The notes under the pieces: model-generated
What the model was told of the DNA's origin: nothing
The model's input: the letters and a program-made list of their open reading frames with translations, nothing else
Database searches by the model: none
Assembly: GCA_965248695.1 (NCBI GenBank)
Contig: CBDFKD010000002.1
Span: 3,904,001 to 3,968,000, forward strand
Direction: 5' to 3'
DNA from: Acidobacteriota bacterium
GTDB lineage: Bacteria; Acidobacteriota; UBA890; WLXD01
Length of the DNA: 64,000 nucleotides
Shown: piece after piece, positions 58,173 to 64,000 of the stretch
How positions within the stretch are numbered: the stretch's first letter is position 1
Layout of the letters: each line of letters starts with the position of its first letter
Position numbers and translations under genes: made by a program

Positions 58173-59390
58173 ATGAAAAGCACCACCATCTACTCCAGCC
58201 CTCTCGGAGACGCCGTGCCTGACTCGATCCGCTGGTCCCGACACGTCCTTGGCCTTGCAGTAGCGCTGGTCACCGGGGCGGCTGCCCTGGGAGTAGCGTC
58301 GCAGGACGGCCGGGACAACGGTCTCGACTGGGACCGGCGGGGCGCCGCAGAGTACCTGGACGCGCGCATGGAGATCTGGCTGGACGGCGGGACGCCGCTG
58401 CAGACCGGCGAAGCGACCACGAACTGCGTCTCGTGCCACACGACCTTGCCTTATGCGATGTCCCGCCCGGCTCTCCGCCACGCCATGGGCGTGCAGGCGC
58501 CGACGCCCCAGGAACGTCGACTACTCGAGCAGGTTGTCGCGCGCGTCGAGAGCTACGCGGACCACGAGCTTCTCTACGAGTTCAACGAGATCAAGAAGGT
58601 GGAGTCACGCGGCACCGAGGCGGTCCTCAACGCGGTGATCCTGGCTTCCGCCGGCCGCGGGTTGAACCAGGCCGCCACAGCTGCAGCGTTGCGGCGGCTG
58701 TGGGAGACGCAGCGCGCCGACGGCGCTTGGGACTGGCTGCAGTTCGGGCTGGAGCCGTTCGAGACCGCCGATGCTGTCTACCACGGCGCTGCACTCGCCG
58801 CCCTGGCGGTCGGCAGAGCGGGAACAGACGCGGCGCGCGCGGTACCCGGGGCGGTGGCCGGCGTCGAAAAGCTACGCGGATATCTGCGGGAGACGCTCGA
58901 CGAGCGCACGCTCTTCAACCGTACGTGGGTGCTGCTCGCCTCGACGCAGCTCGACAACTTGCTCACGAAGGCAGAGCAGGAACGTCTGAAGGAGGAGCTG
59001 CAGAAGCGCCAGCGCGACGACGGTGGCTGGTCGCTGTGGTCGCTCGGCGAGTGGCGCTGGAGTGGATCGGCCGCTCCGTACGAGTCTCCCGGCGAGCTGA
59101 ACTACGCATTGCTGGCGGGGTCCGACGGCTACGCCACCGGATTGGTGGTGCACGCGCTTCGAGAAGCAGGCGTGTCGGACAGCCACGCGGTGGTCGACCG
59201 AGGGGTGACATGGCTGCTTGCCAATCAGCAGGCGGTGGCGGTCAACGAGCAGTCGCCGCTTGCCTGGCGGGCCCACTCGCTGAACTTCGATCGAGAGAAC
59301 GGTGGTGAGAAGGGCGAGGCGGTGCGCCGCCTGTTCATGTCGGATCTGGCGACCAGCTTCGCGGTGCTGGCGTTGGCGGGACCCGACTGA
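58173..59390 (+). CDS. Prenyltransferase/squalene cyclase-like repeat protein with a CxxCH motif
   Basis: QW-like repeats LWETQRADGAW, LQKRQRDDGGWS, WLLANQ; SDGYATG; CVSCHT; N-terminal hydrophobic segment; no DxDD. Confidence 0.7.
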   Translation: MKSTTIYSSPLGDAVPDSIRWSRHVLGLAVALVTGAAALGVASQDGRDNGLDWDRRGAAEYLDARMEIWLDGGTPLQTGEATTNCVSCHTTLPYAMSRPALRHAMGVQAPTPQERRLLEQVVARVESYADHELLYEFNEIKKVESRGTEAVLNAVILASAGRGLNQAATAAALRRLWETQRADGAWDWLQFGLEPFETADAVYHGAALAALAVGRAGTDAARAVPGAVAGVEKLRGYLRETLDERTLFNRTWVLLASTQLDNLLTKAEQERLKEELQKRQRDDGGWSLWSLGEWRWSGSAAPYESPGELNYALLAGSDGYATGLVVHALREAGVSDSHAVVDRGVTWLLANQQAVAVNEQSPLAWRAHSLNFDRENGGEKGEAVRRLFMSDLATSFAVLALAGPD

Positions 59391-59445
59391 GCGTCATGTC
59401 AGGCCACTAGGCCTCGTAGCCGTTGGGACTGTGCGTGACCAGAGC

Positions 59446-61944
59446 CTACTGTCCAGCGTCTCCACCACCCTCCGAGATCTCACCGCGGGGCGGCCCGTGC
59501 AGGACGTGTCGATCGAGGAACTCAGACTGCTCCCAGAGCATGTGCAGGATCGACTCGCGGGCGCGATAGCCGTGGCTCTCGTGCGGCAGCATCACCAGCC
59601 GCGCGGAGGCGCCGTGCCCCTGAAGGGCGGCGTAGAAGCGCTCGCTCTGCACCGGGAACGTGCCCGAGTTGTTGTCGGCCATTCCGTGGATCATCAGGAT
59701 CGGCTCGTCGACCTTTTCGGCGTGCATGAACGGTGACATGGCGAAGTACACCTCCGGTGCCTCCCAGAAGGTGCGCTCCTCCGACTGGAAGCCGAACGGC
59801 GTCAGCGTCCGGTTGTAGGCGCCGGACCGTGCGATCCCGGCGCGGAACAGGTCGGAATGGGCCAGCAGGTTGCCAGTCATGAAGGCGCCGTACGAGTGCC
59901 CGCCGATGGCGATGCGATCGGGATCGGTGATGCCGCGATCGACCATCGCCTTGACGGCGGCGGCGGCGCCGGCGACGAGCTGGTCACGATAGCCATCGTT
60001 GGGCTCCGCGTCGCCCTCGCCGATGATCGGTAGCTTCGGATCGTCGAACACCGCCCACCCCTGCGTGAGCATCGGCAGGGCGCCCCAGTAGCTCATGCGG
60101 GTGAACTCGTAGGGCGAGTCCTGTACCTGGCCGGCGAAGCTGGCGTCCTTGAACTCGATCGGGTAGGCCCACATCAGCATCGGCAGCGGACCGTTGCCCT
60201 CGTCGTGGCCCGGCGGAAGGTAGAGCGTGCCGGTGAGCTGCACGCCGTCGGCGCGCTCGTAGTGCACCAGCTCCTTGGTGACGCCGGCGAGCTGCGGTGT
60301 CGGGTGCGGGAAGTTGGTGACGCGCTCCAGGCTGTCGGCGTCGAGGTCCCTGACGAAGTAGTTGGGCGGCTCGTCGATCGATTCACGACGCGTGAGCAGG
60401 CGGTTGCCGGTGCCGTCCAGCAGGGCCACCGGTACCTCGTAGTAGGGTGCCTCGGAGCGCCACAGGCGCGTGCTCTCGCCGCTGCCCAGGTCGAGGCGGT
60501 CGACGAACGGGCGGTTGCCTTCGGCAGAGGCGCCCTGTCCGACCAGGAATAGCGCCGCGCCGTCGTCGGAAGCCGACAGCACCCAGCCCCGGTCGGTGCG
60601 CTCAGTCAGCGGCCGCCCGCGGTCGCTGTAGCGGTCCTCAGAGGAGCGGCTCCAGAGAAGCTCCGGGGTCGCGTCCGAGTCGGGCCGTACCACCCAGGTC
60701 TGCATCTGGCGATTGCGTCGCCAGTACTCGGTCACCAGCGCCAGGTTGCCGCTGCCCCACTGCACGTCGCGAACGCGCGCCCCCAGATCGGCCACCGGGC
60801 GCGGGTCGCCCTCGAACGGTGCCGACAGGGTCAGCAATCGGTCACGCACCGGGCTGTCCACCCGGGAGTCGCCGCCGTCCTGGGCTTCCACCCAGTGGAG
60901 CGTGGCATCGGCGCCATCGCGCCAACCGACCGAGCGCGGGCCGGCGGTTACGGAATCGAACCCCGGGGGCACTTCGTCGGCCAGGGGTAGATCAGCGACG
61001 GTATGTACCCCGGTTCCGTCCTTCGCCCACACCTCGATGCGGCGCGCGAAGCGACGCACCGGCACGGTGTACGAGAACGGTCGCTGGATGGTCTCCACCA
61101 ACAGAAACTCTCCGTCCGGCGACGGCTCGGCGCGGCTGATCAGACCTCCGGCGCCTATCTCCTCGAGGCCACCATCGAGCCTGACGATCGCCACCCGGGC
61201 GCTCAGGAAATGCTCGAAGAGCGCCTCGTCGTGGGCGTCGGCGAGAAGGTCCTGATAGGTGCGTGCCTGCGCCTCGCGGCCGCTGCTCTGCTGGATCACC
61301 GGTCCCTTGGGAGCGAGCGCACGCTCGGGCGCGGCGCCGCGGTCTGCGGGGATCACGCGTGCGATCAGCGCGCTGCTGGTGTTGTCCCACAGGAAGGGCC
61401 GCCCGTACGCGCCGTTGAGACGCGGCCCGACGAGTCGTCGCGCCGTCGCCTGAGTCACATCCGCAAGCCACAGCTCGATGCCGCCGGCGGCGCGATGGGT
61501 GAAGGCGATCCAGGCGCCGTCCGGGGACCACGACAGGTTCCCCAGGTGGGCGGCCGCCGGCAAGCCGCTGACCGGTATCTCAGCACCGTCCGACAGACGG
61601 CGGATTGTCAGACCCGCGTAGTAGCGGTCGCGGCTGGGGCCGTTGGTGCGCGGGTTGATCCGCAATCCGGCGATGCGCAGCTCCGGCTGCGCCATGTCGG
61701 CGATTGTCCCCAGCGAAGGGACCGACATGAGGACGATGTGATCGCGGTCAGGGCCGACTGCCACCAGCGGGGTGTTGGGAGCGTCCACCAGCGCCGCCAG
61801 CTCGGGCGCCGGCGTTTGGTAGACGGCATCGGTCGACATCTGCTGCTGGGCGCTGGCGGCGACAGCGAGACCGGCCGTCAGCAGCAGCGCGAGTGACGCT
61901 ACCCGGATCGTCTCAACTACTCGGAGCGGGTGTATTGGACGCAT
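59446..61944 (-). CDS. S9 family peptidase (glutamyl endopeptidase-like), secreted
   Basis: ELRIAGLRINP, RTYQDLL, WAYP.EF, GGHSYGAFMT, RSGAYNRTLTPFGFQ, DNNSGTFP, ESHGY. Confidence 0.92.
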   Translation of the reverse strand: MRPIHPLRVVETIRVASLALLLTAGLAVAASAQQQMSTDAVYQTPAPELAALVDAPNTPLVAVGPDRDHIVLMSVPSLGTIADMAQPELRIAGLRINPRTNGPSRDRYYAGLTIRRLSDGAEIPVSGLPAAAHLGNLSWSPDGAWIAFTHRAAGGIELWLADVTQATARRLVGPRLNGAYGRPFLWDNTSSALIARVIPADRGAAPERALAPKGPVIQQSSGREAQARTYQDLLADAHDEALFEHFLSARVAIVRLDGGLEEIGAGGLISRAEPSPDGEFLLVETIQRPFSYTVPVRRFARRIEVWAKDGTGVHTVADLPLADEVPPGFDSVTAGPRSVGWRDGADATLHWVEAQDGGDSRVDSPVRDRLLTLSAPFEGDPRPVADLGARVRDVQWGSGNLALVTEYWRRNRQMQTWVVRPDSDATPELLWSRSSEDRYSDRGRPLTERTDRGWVLSASDDGAALFLVGQGASAEGNRPFVDRLDLGSGESTRLWRSEAPYYEVPVALLDGTGNRLLTRRESIDEPPNYFVRDLDADSLERVTNFPHPTPQLAGVTKELVHYERADGVQLTGTLYLPPGHDEGNGPLPMLMWAYPIEFKDASFAGQVQDSPYEFTRMSYWGALPMLTQGWAVFDDPKLPIIGEGDAEPNDGYRDQLVAGAAAAVKAMVDRGITDPDRIAIGGHSYGAFMTGNLLAHSDLFRAGIARSGAYNRTLTPFGFQSEERTFWEAPEVYFAMSPFMHAEKVDEPILMIHGMADNNSGTFPVQSERFYAALQGHGASARLVMLPHESHGYRARESILHMLWEQSEFLDRHVLHGPPRGEISEGGGDAGQ

Positions 61945-62010
61945 GGCGGAGCCTCCACGGTAGCAAGAGTCTGGCGTGTTCTGACTGTGAGGAGCGCGGC
62001 GCATGTCACC

Positions 62011-62859
62011 TTACTCGCTGTGGCTCACGAGGACCCGGTGAATCGCCTTGACCGTGACCTTGGTGCGGAATTCGATCAGCCGACGACCATGTTCGAGCGC
62101 TTTGCCGAGCGGCGAGATGCTGATGTCGTTGATCGTCGCCTTGCCGGCCTGCAGGCGCTGTTCGAAGCGCACGTGTTGCGGATCATCGTTCATGATGATC
62201 GTGGTGATGAAGTAGTCGTCGTGCAGGCCTTCAAGCCTGGGATCCTCGTCGACCCCGAGAACGTCACGCTGGTAGGTCTCCACGTCACCGTAGTTGTAGT
62301 ACTCGGGGATGTGGGCAACGACCACGCCGGCACCAGCCCAGTCAGCCGACAGCTCTTCCGCCACCGCCGCCATGCCACGCGTGTTGCCGCCGCTGTCGCC
62401 CAGAATGAAGATGCGGGTGAATCCCTGCGCCTTGAGGCTGGTGGCGTAGTCGCGTAGCACGGCACGGTAGGTTTCCTGCGAGTAGCGAATGCCACCAGGA
62501 CTGCTAGCAGTCTCCGGGTTGCCGGGCTCGATGGTCACGATCGGAGCCACCAGCGTGTTGCCCAGACGCCGTGCGATGGCGTCGCCCATGACGCGCAATA
62601 CGTGGTTGTGCTTGCCGGTGGTGAGATAGGGCCCGTTCTCTTCGATGCCGCCGGTGAGGATGAGCGCGGTGTCGGTGCCGGTTGCAAGCAGGTCGCGCAC
62701 CTCGAGCATGGTCAGCTCCTCGATCCAGACGCTGTCGAGCATCGCGATCGGCCGCTCAAACGTCATCATGTCCTTGCGGTTGTCCTGCTGCGCAGAAAGC
62801 GTCGCTGTCAGGCCCAGGCAGATGACCAGCGTGGTCGAGGTGGAAAGCTGTGTCCTCAT
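62011..62859 (-). CDS. Creatininase family protein, secreted, divergent metal motifs
   Basis: WIEELT..EVRD, GGIEENGPYL..GKHN, SPGGI, GFTRIFILGDSGGN, GLHDD; signal peptide. Confidence 0.8.
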   Translation of the reverse strand: MRTQLSTSTTLVICLGLTATLSAQQDNRKDMMTFERPIAMLDSVWIEELTMLEVRDLLATGTDTALILTGGIEENGPYLTTGKHNHVLRVMGDAIARRLGNTLVAPIVTIEPGNPETASSPGGIRYSQETYRAVLRDYATSLKAQGFTRIFILGDSGGNTRGMAAVAEELSADWAGAGVVVAHIPEYYNYGDVETYQRDVLGVDEDPRLEGLHDDYFITTIIMNDDPQHVRFEQRLQAGKATINDISISPLGKALEHGRRLIEFRTKVTVKAIHRVLVSHSE

Positions 62860-63061
62860 CGGGAGTCCTCCTGCGGTGTCGACAGACGGGATTGTGCTGC
62901 GCAGATTATCGCGACGTTGAGTTGATCAGGTTATCGTGGTCGCCGGCGGATTACCCGCGAGGGCGGGCTGGCTGGTTAGCGCAGGCGGCACACCTGTACC
63001 GGGCCGACCGGTGCAGCACGAATCGGCCGTCCCCGGCCTCGATCTCTGCAGGAGGCAGAAA

Positions 63062-64000
63062 ATGGGAAACCGGCACTCACGATTCCTCGTCGTCGCGCTG
63101 GCGGCCGTCGGCCTCAGCGGGTCACTCGCCGCTCAGACAGGCACGATCCGCGTTGTACAGACCAACGCCGCCGGCGACAACGTGCATCTCATCGACCCGG
63201 CGTCGAACGAGGTCGTGGACGTCATCCACGGCATCCCGATGGCGCACGGAGTGACGTCGGCCCCTGACGGCAGCGCCCTCTACTTCAGCAACGAGGTCGA
63301 CCACACCCTGGACGTGGTCCCGACGAATACGCTGAAGGTGACCAGGCAGATTCCGCTATCCGGCCGGCCGAACAACATCGCCGTCACCCCCGACGGCAAG
63401 AAGGTCTATGTGGCGATCACTCGGGCTGACGCGTTCGTCGATGTGATCGACATGGCGGCGGGCGAGGTGATCAAGGCGATCCCCACGTTGGGCGGCGTGC
63501 ACAATGTGTTCATCACCCCTGACGGGCTCTTCATCGCCGCCGGCATGATCGGCGCCCGAACCTTGACGATCATCGACACCGAGATCGACGAGCCAGTGTG
63601 GTCGCTTCACTTCAGCGGCCGTTCCACCAGCGGGTACGCTGACGGCGGGGTGCGGCCGATGGCGTTCGAGACCAACGCCGACGGTTCCACGCGTCGGATA
63701 TTCGTCCAACTGTCCAACTTCCACGGCTTCGTCATCGTCGACTTCGCCACCCGGACGGTCGTTGGACGGGTCGAAATGCCGACGCTGCCGATCTCGCGGG
63801 TGTCCAACGATGCACTGCAAGGCTCGCCGGGCCACGGGCTGGCGGTATCGCCGGACGGTAGCCAGGTGTGGTCCACCAGCAAGCCCAACGATCACGTCTA
63901 CGCCTGGTCGCTTCCAGACCTGGAGTTTCTCGGTGGCGTGCCGGTGGGTCATCACCCCGATTGGCTGACGATGACGCCCGACAGCCGCTATCTGTACGCC
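63062..64000 (+). CDS. YVTN/YncE-type beta-propeller protein, secreted, 3' partial
   Basis: GGAGG RBS, ATG 63062: MGNRHSRFLVVALAAVGLSG..VVQTNAAGDNVHLIDP..SAPDG..RPNNIAVTPDGKKVYV..HGLAVSPDG..PDWLTMTPD. The frame is open to the window end and absent from the ORF track. Confidence 0.85.
   Translation, partial: MGNRHSRFLVVALAAVGLSGSLAAQTGTIRVVQTNAAGDNVHLIDPASNEVVDVIHGIPMAHGVTSAPDGSALYFSNEVDHTLDVVPTNTLKVTRQIPLSGRPNNIAVTPDGKKVYVAITRADAFVDVIDMAAGEVIKAIPTLGGVHNVFITPDGLFIAAGMIGARTLTIIDTEIDEPVWSLHFSGRSTSGYADGGVRPMAFETNADGSTRRIFVQLSNFHGFVIVDFATRTVVGRVEMPTLPISRVSNDALQGSPGHGLAVSPDGSQVWSTSKPNDHVYAWSLPDLEFLGGVPVGHHPDWLTMTPDSRYLYA

Noticed and set aside
62902-62980. Four loose C-n-G-R-TTA-n-C direct repeats in a divergent intergenic region
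   Set aside because: Degenerate and irregularly spaced (25, 20, 25 bp); could be chance.

Overview
High-GC bacterial chromosomal or MAG segment, most consistent with Acidobacteriota. The basis is two PadR + duplicated orphan permease (ADOP) cassettes and a planctomycete-type cytochrome c/DUF1549/DUF1553 + DUF1501 pair. It holds about 50 mostly catabolic or periplasmic genes: peptidases, amidohydrolases, hydantoinase A/B, TauD, a GcvT-like demethylase, transporters, a two-component pair, an ECF sigma, a FitAB-like toxin-antitoxin pair and c-di-GMP genes. No rRNA, tRNA, CRISPR array, transposase or prophage was seen. Highlights not evident from the ORF track: (1) a UGA-recoded GrdB/PrdB-like selenoprotein (U-P-V-C, with a SECIS-like hairpin) coupled to a POT peptide transporter and lacking reductase partners in this window; (2) a 55-aa Asp-Arg-Arg-repeat microprotein downstream of a degenerate PilZ gene, a candidate c-di-GMP-binding module; (3) a 36-aa membrane microprotein coupled to a sodium:solute symporter; (4) distinct operator palindromes for each PadR, a Fur-like box, an ECF-type promoter and a fit-like operator; (5) interleaved hydantoinase and dipeptide-ABC operons; (6) several deletion scars and frame lesions. 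All family calls come from motif recognition by eye, not database searches.
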